Below the pieces are notes generated by a model. The model was not told the origin of the DNA, did no database searches, and saw nothing but the letters and a program-made list of their open reading frames with translations. The translations under genes and the position numbers were made by a program. From the NCBI GenBank assembly GCA_041476685.1, contig JBGOTW010000002.1, positions 1 to 51,890 of the forward strand: DNA of 51,890 nt. The letters are read 5' to 3'. Shown in pieces: positions 22,718 to 32,770 of the stretch; within the stretch, counting starts at the first letter, position 1; each line of letters starts with the position of its first letter. Source of the stretch: a bacterium. GTDB taxonomy: Bacteria > SAR324 > JACQKK01.

Positions 22718-25579
22718 ATGCCCGAGCTGTTGAAGCTTCCCGCCGCGTGCTGGTTGGCCGAGGCCGAGGCCGGGGCATTGCTGCTTACGGCGACTGGCCA
22801 CTTGCAGCGTCACCTGCACGAGACCTACGCCCGGCACCGGGCAGAGCAGGGCCTGGTGGCGTGGGACACGCCCGCGATCCTGACCTGGCACGCCTGGCTG
22901 GAGCGGATGTGGCAGGAGCGCCTGTTGGCGGGAGCAGACGGTGCAGAACCCACCGTGCTCCTGCACGCGGCACAGAGCACCACCCTGTGGCAGCAGGTGC
23001 TCACGGCCGACGTGCGCACGCGCGACCTGCTGCACTTGGGGGGCCTAGCGCGACAGGCGGAAGCGGCGTGGACGCTGCTGCACGCGTGGGACCTCGGCGC
23101 GGCGGTGGCGGGGGCGCGGGGCGGCCGCCCGGAGGAGACGCATTTTGCCGCATGGGCGCGCAGCTATGGAGAGCAGACGGAGCGGCGCGGCTGGTGCGAC
23201 GGGGCGCGCTTGCCCGGGCATGTGGCCCGCTGGATCGCGGGAGGCGCGCTGCCCGTGCCGGGGCGCATCCTGCTCGCTGGCTTCGACGCATTCGACCCGG
23301 CCCAGGGTCGCGTGCTGGAGGCGCTCGCCCTGCGGGGAAGCGTGTGCGTGGAGTTGGAACCGCCCGCCTGCGGAGCCAGTGGAACGGACGGCACCCTGCA
23401 GCGCGTGGCTTGCGTGGATGCGGAGGCGGAGGTCGAGGCGGCGGCCCGCTGGGCGCGGGCGCAACTCGATGCCGGAGCTACGACGGTGGGAATCGTGGTG
23501 CAAGGGCTGGAGGGGCGAGCCGGCCAGGTTGAGCGCGTCTTCCGCGATCTGTTGGCGCCCGATGCCGCCCTGCCGGGCGCGGACGAGCGGTCGCTGCCCT
23601 ACCATCTCTCCCTCGGCCCGGCCCTGGCCGATGTGCCCCTGGTGCGTGGGGCGCTCCGGCTGCTGCGGCTTGTCGGTCCGGCAATGGCACTCGAACCGCT
23701 GGAGGCTGCGCTGCTAGTGCCCTACCTGGGCGGCGCCGCGGCGGAGCGGGAGCGGCGCGGGCTGCTGGTGACACGACTGCGGAAGCTGGGCGATCCTGCG
23801 GTCACGCTGGACACGGTGACTCGCCAAGCGGCGCAGAGCTGCCCGGAACTGGCGCGGCACCTGGGCGCGGCCATGCAACTGCTGGCGCGGTTGCCGGCCC
23901 GGCAGTCCTATGCTGCCTGGGCCCAGGCCTGCACTGACCTGCTGCGTGCGCTGGGCTGGCCGGGCCACGGCGAGGGCGGGCGCACACTGTCGTCGGTGGA
24001 ATTCCTAGCCTACGAGCGCTGGCGGGACTTGCTGGACGAATTGTGCGGACTGGACCTGGTGTTGCCTCCTACCGAGCGCGGGGAGGCGCTGACGCGCTTG
24101 CACGAATTGGCGACCGGCACGCCCTTTCTGCCGCCCTCCGATCCGGCGCCCGTGCAGATCTTGGGGCATTTGGAGGCGGCGGGCCTGGCCTTCGATCGGT
24201 TGTGGGTGCTGGGCATGGATGACGCAGATTGGCCGCGTCCGCCTCAGCCCAATCCCCTGCTGCCCCTGGCGGTGCAGCGCGCCCGCGGCCTGCCCCGCGC
24301 TTCCGCCGAACGGGAGCTGCGCTTTGCCGAGCGGGTGACGGCGCGCCTGCAGGGTGCCGCCCCGCGCGTCGTGATGTCACACGCGGAGCAGCAAGGCGCG
24401 GCTCGGCTTGGCCCCAGCCCGCTCATCGCCGCGCTGCCCCTCGTATCGCTGGAGTCGCCAGGCATGCCCACGCAGCAGCGCCTGGCCGACCAATTGCGGC
24501 AGCACCTGCTGGCGAACCGCTGCAGCGAGCCGCGAGGGAACGAACCGCTGCGCGCCCTGCCCTCGGGCACGGCCCAGCATTCGGGCACAAGCATCTTCTC
24601 CGACATGGCGGCCTGTCCATTCAGGGCCCAGGCGCGCCACCGCCTCGGCGCGGAAGACGCCCCCCTGCCCGAGCCGGGCCTGAGTCCCGCCGATCACGGC
24701 AGCCTGCTGCACGCTGTGCTGCAGCGGGTCTGGAGGTCCCTCGGCAACCAGGCTGCCCTGCAAGCGCAATCCGAGTCCGCTCTCACCGCTCAGCTCAAGG
24801 AGGCGATAAAGTCTGCGCTCAACGAGTTCCGCAGCGGCCACGGACGCGTCACGCCGGCCCTGGCGCAATTGGAGTCGGAGCGCCTGGAGCGCTTGGCGCG
24901 CGCGCTGCTGGAACTGGAACGCACGCAGCGCTCCCCATTCGCGGTGACGGCGTCCGAGCAGGCCGTGGAGACGACGGTGGGCGGATTGCAGGTGCGGCTG
25001 CGCATGGACCGGGTGGACACCCTCGCCGGTGGCGGCCGCGTGCTGCTCGATTACAAGAGCGGCCAAGCCTATCCCAAGCAATGGCTAGGCGAACGGCCTG
25101 AGGCGCCCCAGCTTCCCCTGTACGCCATCGCCCATCCCGCTCCGCCCGTGGCCCTCGCATTCGTGCGCGTGCACAGCGACGAGGTGGGTTTTGCAGGCGT
25201 GGCCGCCCGGGACGTGGGCATTCCCGGCGTGCTGGCCTGCCAAGACTGGAAAGCGGGGCAGAAGGCACTTGCGGAGCCGGGTACTGCGGGCTCCCGGCAA
25301 CTGGATAATAGGCCGACGAAGGCCCAGTGCACCGGTACCGGCGCGAGCGGCGCAACGATAACATGGGACGACTTGCTTGCCCGCTGGCGGCAGGTATTGG
25401 GGTCATTGGGCGAGCGCTTCCGCGCGGGTCAGGCGGCGGTGGACCCGCAGAAATCAGCCTGCGAGTATTGCCCGCTGCCGGCCCTCTGCCGCATTGACGA
25501 GCAGGGCTCCCTTGCGCGTGCGGACGAGGGCGCGGCTGACGGCGACATCCCGGAGCAGGAGGGCGGCGATGACGCTTGA
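22718..25579 (+). CDS. AddB-like PD-(D/E)XK nuclease subunit of a two-component helicase-nuclease (DSB repair)
   Basis: Trimmed to the ATG at 22718 (953 aa). There is no Walker A. The C-terminal nuclease block reads GRVLLDYKSGQ, with a C-x2-C-x5-C (CEYCPLPALC) iron-staple-type cysteine pattern and an upstream Cys (MAACPFRAQ). Confidence 0.75.
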   Translation: MPELLKLPAACWLAEAEAGALLLTATGHLQRHLHETYARHRAEQGLVAWDTPAILTWHAWLERMWQERLLAGADGAEPTVLLHAAQSTTLWQQVLTADVRTRDLLHLGGLARQAEAAWTLLHAWDLGAAVAGARGGRPEETHFAAWARSYGEQTERRGWCDGARLPGHVARWIAGGALPVPGRILLAGFDAFDPAQGRVLEALALRGSVCVELEPPACGASGTDGTLQRVACVDAEAEVEAAARWARAQLDAGATTVGIVVQGLEGRAGQVERVFRDLLAPDAALPGADERSLPYHLSLGPALADVPLVRGALRLLRLVGPAMALEPLEAALLVPYLGGAAAERERRGLLVTRLRKLGDPAVTLDTVTRQAAQSCPELARHLGAAMQLLARLPARQSYAAWAQACTDLLRALGWPGHGEGGRTLSSVEFLAYERWRDLLDELCGLDLVLPPTERGEALTRLHELATGTPFLPPSDPAPVQILGHLEAAGLAFDRLWVLGMDDADWPRPPQPNPLLPLAVQRARGLPRASAERELRFAERVTARLQGAAPRVVMSHAEQQGAARLGPSPLIAALPLVSLESPGMPTQQRLADQLRQHLLANRCSEPRGNEPLRALPSGTAQHSGTSIFSDMAACPFRAQARHRLGAEDAPLPEPGLSPADHGSLLHAVLQRVWRSLGNQAALQAQSESALTAQLKEAIKSALNEFRSGHGRVTPALAQLESERLERLARALLELERTQRSPFAVTASEQAVETTVGGLQVRLRMDRVDTLAGGGRVLLDYKSGQAYPKQWLGERPEAPQLPLYAIAHPAPPVALAFVRVHSDEVGFAGVAARDVGIPGVLACQDWKAGQKALAEPGTAGSRQLDNRPTKAQCTGTGASGATITWDDLLARWRQVLGSLGERFRAGQAAVDPQKSACEYCPLPALCRIDEQGSLARADEGAADGDIPEQEGGDDA

Positions 25580-28500
25580 CGGCAACCCTTTCTTGGCAAC
25601 GCAAGCCGGAGACGACGCGCCGATTCGCGCCGCGGCGCTCGATCCCCGCGGAAGCTTCATCGTGCGGGCGCCCGCCGGATCGGGCAAGACCGCGCTGCTC
25701 ATCCAGCGTCTGCTGCGCCTGCTGGCCGAAGTGGATGCGCCGGAGGAAATCGTCGCTATCACTTTCACCCGCAAGGCGGCAGCCGAGATGCGGGAACGGC
25801 TGTTGGGGGCGCTGCGGCTGGGTACGGAGGAAGCTACACCGGACAAGCCTTTGGAGCGGGAACTGTGGACGCTAGCGCGTGCGGCGCTCGCCCATGCAGC
25901 GCAGCGCGGCTGGTCAGTGTTGCGCCATCCCAACCGGCTCCGCATCCAGACCTTCGACGCCTTCTGCCACGCCCTGGCACGCCAACATCCGTGGCGCTCG
26001 GGCCTGGGCGGCCCGCTGCAGCTGACCGAGGACCCGGAACCGCTGTACCGCAACGCGGCGCGCGCCACACTGGCCCTGCTGGACTCGCGCGAACCGGAAG
26101 CGGCCGCGGCGGCGCATCTGCTGCGGCTCCGGGACGTGCGCGTGGAGCAGGTGGAGGACTTGCTTGTGCAGATGCTGGCCCGGCGCGATCAGTGGCTGCG
26201 GCACTTGCCTCCGCAGGAGCGGGGCGCGGCGGCGCATGGATGGGCGCCAGGCAGCGCAGAGGCAGCGGGCTTACGGGCCGCACTCGAAGCGGCGCTGGCG
26301 CGGATTGTCACGGAGGCCCTGACGGATCTGCGCGCGGAAGCCGAGGCCGTGGCGCGGGTTCTCTCTGCCGGCGACACCGGAGGCGCGGGGATGCTGGCCA
26401 GGCACTGCGCGCGGTTGGCCCGCCACGCTGTGGCCAGGACGGAATCCGGCCTCGCCCTGGCCCTCGCACCGGCTGCGAATCTGACGGATCTGCCGGGTAG
26501 CGCCCCCGGAGACGCACTCGCTTGGCGGGCACTGGCGACACTCCTGCTGACCCAGCAGGGAACCTGGCGCAAGCCGCGCGGGATCAACGCGCGCCTGGGC
26601 TTCCCGACGGGCATGGTGGGCACGCCGGAGGGGGACTTGAAGGCGGATATGCAGGAACTGCTCGTGGCCCTTGAGGGGCACGAGCGGCTGCGCGGGTGTC
26701 TGGCCGGGTTGGAGCACCTGCCCAGCCCCGCCTACACGGACGCCCAATGGGAAACGCTGGGGGCGTTGGCGGCGCTGTTGCGGCGGGCGGCGGCACTCCT
26801 GCGCCAAAGCTTCAGCGCGGCGGGCGTGGTGGACTTCGTCGAGATGGCGCGGGCGGCCGAGCATGTGGCGGCGGCATGGAATGTGCCGCCTGCCGGAGCG
26901 AGGGAGAACAGGGGAACGGATGAGGACGGGCCCGAAGGGCCGGGAATCCGGCACCTTCTCGTTGACGAATTCCAGGATTCCTCCCACGCTCAGTTCCGCC
27001 TGCTGATGCTGCTCACCCGGCGCTGGCAGGCCGGGGACGGGCGCTCGCTATTCCTCGTCGGCGATCCGATGCAGTCCATCTACCGCTTCCGTGAAGCGGA
27101 CGTGGGCCTGTTCCTGCAGGCGGAGCTGCGCGGCATCGGCGGCGTCCACCTAGAGCCGTTGCGGCTAGAGCGCAATTTCCGGGCGCGGCCGGGTATCGTT
27201 GCCCAAACCAACCGCACGTTCGCCGCCGTTTTTCCCGTTGAGGCGGACGCTCTGCGCGGCGCCGTGACGTACGCGCCCTCCCGCGCCGCACTTACCGAGC
27301 CGCGGGCAGGGGAAGGCCCCTCCGCCGCGGCGGTTCAACTGCATCCGGTCATCGTGGCGGCGAACGCCGGCGGCCGCGAAGGCGAGGAGCGGGAAGCGGC
27401 GCTGGTCGCCGATCTGGCGCGTGCGGCGCTGGCCGAACAGATGTCCGCGCGAGGTTCGGTCGCGATCCTGGTGCAGGCACGTACGCACCTGCAAGCGATC
27501 TTGCCTGCGCTCGCGAGGGCCGGCGTGCCGCTGCAAGCGGTAGCGCTCGATCCCCTGGACCGCCGCCCGGCGGTGCTCGATCTGCTGTCCCTCACGCGGG
27601 CGCTGCTCTATCCGGGAGACCGCATCGCCTGGCTGGCAGTGCTGCACGCGCCCTGGTGCGGACTTGGGCTGGCCGACCTGGAAGCCCTTACGCTCGCGAC
27701 GGCGGAGCGCACCCTGTGGGAGGCGCTGGACTCGACAGAGGCCGATCGGGCCGGAGCGACCGCCCCGGCGGAACGTCTCGCGTCCGGCGCGGCAGTGCCA
27801 GGTCCCGATTCCATCAGCGCTGCAGGACGCCGACGGATCGTTCGGCTGCGCACGGCGTTGGCACCTGCAGTGGCGGAATTGGGACGCGTGCCCCTGCGTC
27901 GCACGGTGGAGGGGGCATGGCTGGCGCTGGGTGGGCCGGCATGCATGGCTGCGGCGGACAAGGCCGACGTGCGCGCCTTCTTCGACGTGCTGGACGGACT
28001 GGAGGCAGAGGGCGCAGTGCCGAGCCCGGAGGAGCTAGGGCGGCGGTTGGCGCGGCTGCGCTCTGTGCCCGCGCCGGCGGCGGGACCGCTGGTGCAGGTA
28101 ATGACCATTCACGAAGCGAAGGGGCTCGAGTTCGACACGGTAATCCTGCCCGGCCTGCACCGGGCGACGGGGCGGGATACGCGTCCGCTGCTGCGCTGGC
28201 TGGAGCGTCCCACCGCACAGGGAAGCGACCTGGTGTTGGCTCCGATTCCCTCTCTGTGGACGCCTCCAGGGGCTCCCTCGTCTCAGGCAGGAGCGCATGA
28301 AGACCCGATCCAGCGCTACCTGGACAACGTGGAGCAGTCGCGCGCCGAGCATGAGCGGCGGCGGCTCCTGTACGTCGCGTACACGCGGGCCAAGGAGCGG
28401 CTGCACCTGCTGGGCGTTGCCTATTACGATGGCGGGAGGGTAAAGGCGCCGCGCGCGGGGACATTGCTCGCGGCGCTGTGGCCTGCCGTGGAGGCGGAAT

Positions 28501-29288
28501 TTGCCGTGGCTCCCCGCTCGGCACCTGAAGCTCAGCGCCGCACCGCTGCTGCGGCGGCGCCCCTTGCGCAGGCCGCTCGCATGGGCAGCGACGCTCCTCA
28601 GGGGGAGAGTGGTTCCCTGGCGGGGAGGCGGCTCACGGCAGACTGGCGCCTGCCCGAACTGGCACTTCGCGCAGCCTCTCAGGGGCCGCAGCCTGGGGAA
28701 GCACCCGCCGCCGAACCGGTGGTGTTTGACTGGGCCGGACCGCAGGCGCGGCTGGTGGGCACCGTGGTGCATGCGTTCTTGCAGCGCATCGCCCAAGAGA
28801 CCCTCGAGGCCTGGGACGGCGCGGCCTTACAGGGCCGGCGGGAGACGGTGCGGCGGCTATTGATCCGGGCGGGTCTGGTCGGGCCGGAGCTGGGAGCGGC
28901 GACAGAGCGGGTACTGCAGGCGTTGAGCCAGGCGCTTGCGGACCCGCGCGGACGTTGGGTGCTGGGTCCGCAAGGCGAGGCACGCGCCGAGTGGGAATTG
29001 ACGGTCCGGGTGGACGGACGCACGCGTCGCATCGCGCCGGACCGCACATTCGTAGCCGCGGACGGCGCGCATTGGATCGTAGACTACAAGACCGGCTCCC
29101 ACGCGGGCGGCAACCTCGAAGAATTCCTGGACAGGGAGCGCGAGCGTTATCGGCCACAGCTCGAGCGCTACGCGCGCGCCCTGCGCGCCCTTGACGCGCG
29201 CAGAGCCATTCGCTGCGGGCTGTATTTTCCGCTTGCCTGCGCCGCGGACGGCACGGGGGGATGGCGGGAATGGGAGTTTCGCCCCTGA
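25569..29288 (+). CDS. AddA-like UvrD/Rep-family helicase with C-terminal PD-(D/E)XK nuclease domain
   Basis: Trimmed to the ATG at 25569, overlapping the upstream gene by 11 nt. It carries APAGSGKTALLIQR (Walker A), LLVDEFQDSS, GDPMQSIYRFREA, NFRARP, TIHEAKGLEFD, YVAYTRAKERL and, near the C-terminus, HWIVDYKTG. Confidence 0.85.
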   Translation: MTLDGNPFLATQAGDDAPIRAAALDPRGSFIVRAPAGSGKTALLIQRLLRLLAEVDAPEEIVAITFTRKAAAEMRERLLGALRLGTEEATPDKPLERELWTLARAALAHAAQRGWSVLRHPNRLRIQTFDAFCHALARQHPWRSGLGGPLQLTEDPEPLYRNAARATLALLDSREPEAAAAAHLLRLRDVRVEQVEDLLVQMLARRDQWLRHLPPQERGAAAHGWAPGSAEAAGLRAALEAALARIVTEALTDLRAEAEAVARVLSAGDTGGAGMLARHCARLARHAVARTESGLALALAPAANLTDLPGSAPGDALAWRALATLLLTQQGTWRKPRGINARLGFPTGMVGTPEGDLKADMQELLVALEGHERLRGCLAGLEHLPSPAYTDAQWETLGALAALLRRAAALLRQSFSAAGVVDFVEMARAAEHVAAAWNVPPAGARENRGTDEDGPEGPGIRHLLVDEFQDSSHAQFRLLMLLTRRWQAGDGRSLFLVGDPMQSIYRFREADVGLFLQAELRGIGGVHLEPLRLERNFRARPGIVAQTNRTFAAVFPVEADALRGAVTYAPSRAALTEPRAGEGPSAAAVQLHPVIVAANAGGREGEEREAALVADLARAALAEQMSARGSVAILVQARTHLQAILPALARAGVPLQAVALDPLDRRPAVLDLLSLTRALLYPGDRIAWLAVLHAPWCGLGLADLEALTLATAERTLWEALDSTEADRAGATAPAERLASGAAVPGPDSISAAGRRRIVRLRTALAPAVAELGRVPLRRTVEGAWLALGGPACMAAADKADVRAFFDVLDGLEAEGAVPSPEELGRRLARLRSVPAPAAGPLVQVMTIHEAKGLEFDTVILPGLHRATGRDTRPLLRWLERPTAQGSDLVLAPIPSLWTPPGAPSSQAGAHEDPIQRYLDNVEQSRAEHERRRLLYVAYTRAKERLHLLGVAYYDGGRVKAPRAGTLLAALWPAVEAEFAVAPRSAPEAQRRTAAAAAPLAQAARMGSDAPQGESGSLAGRRLTADWRLPELALRAASQGPQPGEAPAAEPVVFDWAGPQARLVGTVVHAFLQRIAQETLEAWDGAALQGRRETVRRLLIRAGLVGPELGAATERVLQALSQALADPRGRWVLGPQGEARAEWELTVRVDGRTRRIAPDRTFVAADGAHWIVDYKTGSHAGGNLEEFLDRERERYRPQLERYARALRALDARRAIRCGLYFPLACAADGTGGWREWEFRP

Positions 29289-29976
29289 CGAATCCGGCTC
29301 TGTTGCACATCGTCAACCATGGTTCCTCCTCGCCCGCAGGCTTCCCCTTCCAGCATCCTGATCCCGGCACTATCGCAGCCGCCCCTCTGACGGAGTGAAC
29401 AGGGCAATCCTGTTGACCTGTCTCAACTGTAGGAATCAGAGCGCTTTCGCCTCGCATTGCACGCATTGCTTTTTCCGCAAATTTAGCTCTTTCGCCGCGC
29501 GGACCCTTGCCAGACGGCCATTTTCGGCGACAATGGTAGGAGAGGATGTGAGGCAATGCAGGATCCAGGTGGATCTCTTCGATTGGCAGTCGCCGGCTCG
29601 TCCAGCCGCCTGAAGCTTCAGTTTGGGGGAGACGCGCAGCGGACGAATCACGGCGCAAGCGGTCTGCGCCGATGGCCTACAGGGGACGAGCTTCCGGCTG
29701 GGGGGAGAGCAAGACGCGTGAGGGCAGAGCGGAAGCACTTAGGGACTATGGAATTGGACGGTTTTACTCCACGGGTGCAATGTGTTGTGAAAAACGAAGA
29801 AACGAACCCACCGCCGAACAGGGGAAATGCTGCGACGTTGAACCGCAGAAGGCAGACCTTCCAGCCGGACACTGGATTGAGCTTGCTTGTGTCCAAGCAA
29901 GGGCAGTGAAGGGCGGGATGGAAACGAGAGGCACGAGGAAACAGGGCGACTTGCAAATTGGAGCCAATGCACCCGC

Positions 29977-30921
29977 TCAGAGCCGCTGGGGAACGATCCG
30001 CGGCGCAGATTTTGCCCACAGCCGCGGCGCGGTGGCCAGCCCGATTCCGCCCAGGATCAGTGCGATGGCTGGCGCGTGGTACAGGTGCAGCCGCTCGCCC
30101 ACCAACCCCACGCCGAGCAGCAGGGAGAATAGAGGCAGCAAGTGCACGAACGGTGCGGCGCGGTTGGGTCCGATGCGATGGGTGGCCTCGTTCCAGAATA
30201 GGTTCGCCAGCGCGGCGGCAAACACACCAAGATACGTCACGCCGACGGCCACTTTCCAGTTCCAGACGACCGGATGGCCCCACACGCCTTCCGCCGCGAT
30301 CACTGGGAGCAGTTCAATCACGGTGTAGATCGTGATCGCTTCCAGCAGCGCCAGGGGCGACAGCTCTGCCGGACGGCGCCGCAGCAGCACGGCGTACAGG
30401 CTCCACATCACTACCGCGGCCAGGACGAGCAGATCGCCCGGATTGAACGACAGGTCCAGCAAAACGCCCAGGTTGCCCCGACACAGGATCACCAGCACGC
30501 CCAGGAACGAGGAAGTCATTCCGGCGGCTAGGCGCTTGCCGACCCGGTCGCGGAAGAGCAGCCAGGACAAGGCCATGATGCAGACGGGCATGATGGACTG
30601 GATCAGGCCGTTATTGCTGACCGTCGTCCAGTGCAGCGACCAGTAGAGCAACGTATGAAATCCTGCGGCGCCGGTGAAGCCGAGCAGGGCGAGCAGCCTC
30701 CAGTGGCGCAGCAGCACCGCGCGTTTGGCCAGCAGTTCGCGCGCAGTCAGTGGCGCGAGCAGCACGAGCGAAACCATCCAGCGCCCGAAGTTGATCGCCT
30801 CGGGGGACATGACGTCCTTGAGCCAGTTCGCCACAACCGAACTGCCCGACCAGAACAGCATGGTCAGCGTCAGCAGCAGATAGGGCGCGAGCGGTCGACG
30901 CGGCGCGGGGGAGTCGGTCAT
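29977..30921 (-). CDS. EamA/DMT-superfamily transporter
   Basis: Trimmed to the ATG at 30921 (314 aa). It has ten hydrophobic segments in two halves, with LLTLTMLFWSGSSVV and AALANLFWNEATHRIGPNRAAPFVHLLPLFS typical of EamA repeats. Confidence 0.85.
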   Translation of the reverse strand: MTDSPAPRRPLAPYLLLTLTMLFWSGSSVVANWLKDVMSPEAINFGRWMVSLVLLAPLTARELLAKRAVLLRHWRLLALLGFTGAAGFHTLLYWSLHWTTVSNNGLIQSIMPVCIMALSWLLFRDRVGKRLAAGMTSSFLGVLVILCRGNLGVLLDLSFNPGDLLVLAAVVMWSLYAVLLRRRPAELSPLALLEAITIYTVIELLPVIAAEGVWGHPVVWNWKVAVGVTYLGVFAAALANLFWNEATHRIGPNRAAPFVHLLPLFSLLLGVGLVGERLHLYHAPAIALILGGIGLATAPRLWAKSAPRIVPQRL

Positions 30922-31075
30922 GTGGGTGGTGATGTGAGGAAACGGCGCCCTCGGCGGCAGAAAGCCGCGCGCCATGCGCTCCGCGATCTGCGCACCCCCC
31001 CTCTCCTCACGCGCGGCACTGGTTGCGGCCCGAGCCGGAGGATATGCGAGGAGGGAGGACTGACGCGGATGCCTG

Positions 31076-31984
31076 TCAGTCGAGCGGGTCGTAAGGGAAC
31101 ATTTCCGCCGAAACGCCCACGGGCGTGAAGTGGGGCGCAAGTGCCTTGATCGCGGTCTCGCCGATCTGCTCGGGCGTCCAACCGCCCTGACGGTGCACCG
31201 AGCGCAGGGGCCGGGGCACGCTGAATATCATGATCTCGCCGGCGCGCACGCCGAAGACCTGCCCGGTGACGTCTTTCGCCGCGTCGCTGGCCAGCCAGAC
31301 GCACATGGGCGCGATATCCTCCGCGCGCATCTTCTTGGTGCGCTCGATCCGCGCGCGCGAAGCGTCGTCGGTGACCGGGATGCTGGCGGTCATGCGCGTG
31401 TAGGCGAAGGGGGAGATGGCGTTGGCGGTGATGTTGTACTTGCGGCACTCCAGCGCCAGGATCCGCGTGAACGCGACGATGCCGAGCTTGGCAGTGCCGT
31501 AGTTGGTCTGGCCGAAGTTTCCGATCAGGCCGGAGGTGGAGGTGAAATTGATGAACCGGCCAAAGTTCTGCTCGCGGAACTGATTGATGGCCGCGCGGCA
31601 CATGTTGAAATGTCCGCCCAGGTGCACATCCATCACCGCCTTCCAGTCGTCCGGCGACATCTTGTGCAGCATCCGGTCGCGCAGGATGCCGGCGGTATTC
31701 ACGATGATGTCGAGCCGCCCGAAGGTCTTGATCGCCTGATTCACCATGTTGGTCGCACCCTCGAAGCTCGCGACCGAATCGGTATTGGCGAAAGCCTCGC
31801 CACCCGCCTTCTTGATGTCGGCGGCGGTTTCGGCGGCTGGGCCAGTATCCTGGCCCTGGCCTTCTGTGCTGACACCCAAGTCGTTGACGATGACCTTGGC
31901 CCCATTGGCTGCCATGAGCATGACGACGGCGCGGCCGATGCCGCGGCCCGATCCTGTCACGATCGCTACCTTGCCGTGAAGCAT
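31076..31984 (-). CDS. SDR-family NAD(P)-dependent oxidoreductase with C-terminal extension
   Basis: Trimmed to the ATG at 31984, with GGGAGA 7 nt upstream. The product reads MLHGKVAIVTGSGRGIGRA...NTAGI...YGTAKLGIVAF (Y-x3-K) (302 aa). Confidence 0.85.
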   Translation of the reverse strand: MLHGKVAIVTGSGRGIGRAVVMLMAANGAKVIVNDLGVSTEGQGQDTGPAAETAADIKKAGGEAFANTDSVASFEGATNMVNQAIKTFGRLDIIVNTAGILRDRMLHKMSPDDWKAVMDVHLGGHFNMCRAAINQFREQNFGRFINFTSTSGLIGNFGQTNYGTAKLGIVAFTRILALECRKYNITANAISPFAYTRMTASIPVTDDASRARIERTKKMRAEDIAPMCVWLASDAAKDVTGQVFGVRAGEIMIFSVPRPLRSVHRQGGWTPEQIGETAIKALAPHFTPVGVSAEMFPYDPLD

Positions 31985-32240
31985 GAGGGTGTCTCCCATC
32001 CTGATCAGGCGTGAAATCTGGCGGAACGAGCCGCAGGGCGGCACTGCGGCCGCGAAGCCGTATGCGTATTGCGGTCCCGGACCGCGTGCCGGGCCCATCC
32101 GGACTTGCACTTGTCTAGCGGATTCGGTGGGCGATGAAAAGGCCGACGCCACGCGGCAAGCGGGCTGCAGGAAGGAGAACGGCGCGGGGCCGAATCCGGG
32201 CCGCCAGGTTTGGCCGTGAACGCAACGTGCGGGGGGAGAC

Positions 32241-32768
32241 ATGAGTGCAGAAGCGCTAATGCACGTAGTCGGTGTGCTCCTGGGCGGGCTGGGGGGCGGA
32301 CTGCTGCGACTGCTGCCCGAACTCTTGTCCTTGTGGAATGCCTACCAGAAGCGCAGGCAGGACGCGGCGGACAAAGCCCACGAGCTGGAGGTGATGAAGC
32401 TCCAGATCGAGGCGCAGAAAATGGCGGGCGCGCTGCGCCTGGAGGAGATACAGGCCGAAGGCGCCATGGACGCGGTACTGGCCCAGATCCGGGGCACGCT
32501 CGCGCTCGCGCAGCCCACGGGCCACCGCGGCGTGGACGTGCTTAACGCCTCCGTGCGGCCGGTGGTGACATACTGGTTCTTCGGCCTATACGCGGCGGTG
32601 AAGACAGCCGGGCTTTACGCCGCCATCGCCGCGGTCGCGCCGCCGACGGCCGACGCGGTCACCAGGGCCCTCGAACGAACCTGGCTCGCGGAGGACAGCG
32701 CGACTCTCTTCGGCATTCTCTCCTTCTGGTTCCTCGGCCGCGTGATCGACAAGCGGGCGGGGAGATAG
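32241..32768 (+). CDS. Holin-like three-TM membrane protein (resembles the 3-TM phage/GTA holin type)
   Basis: 175 aa. It has an N-terminal TM (VVGVLLGGLGGGLLRLL), a charged helical stretch (KRRQDAADKAHELEVMKLQIEAQK) and two further TMs (RPVVTYWFFGLYAAVKTAGLYAAI; LFGILSFWFLGRVI). Its stop is 2 nt before the lysozyme ATG. The assignment rests on architecture and position only. Confidence 0.5.
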   Translation: MSAEALMHVVGVLLGGLGGGLLRLLPELLSLWNAYQKRRQDAADKAHELEVMKLQIEAQKMAGALRLEEIQAEGAMDAVLAQIRGTLALAQPTGHRGVDVLNASVRPVVTYWFFGLYAAVKTAGLYAAIAAVAPPTADAVTRALERTWLAEDSATLFGILSFWFLGRVIDKRAGR

Positions 32769-32770
32769 CT

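Noticed and set aside
29600-29830. A tmRNA-like start (GGGGGAGACGCG...) and a possible tag ORF in the long convergent gap.
   Set aside because: There is no acceptor/T-arm, no UCCACCA end and no ...ALAA-stop tag reading frame. The resemblance is limited to a G-run.
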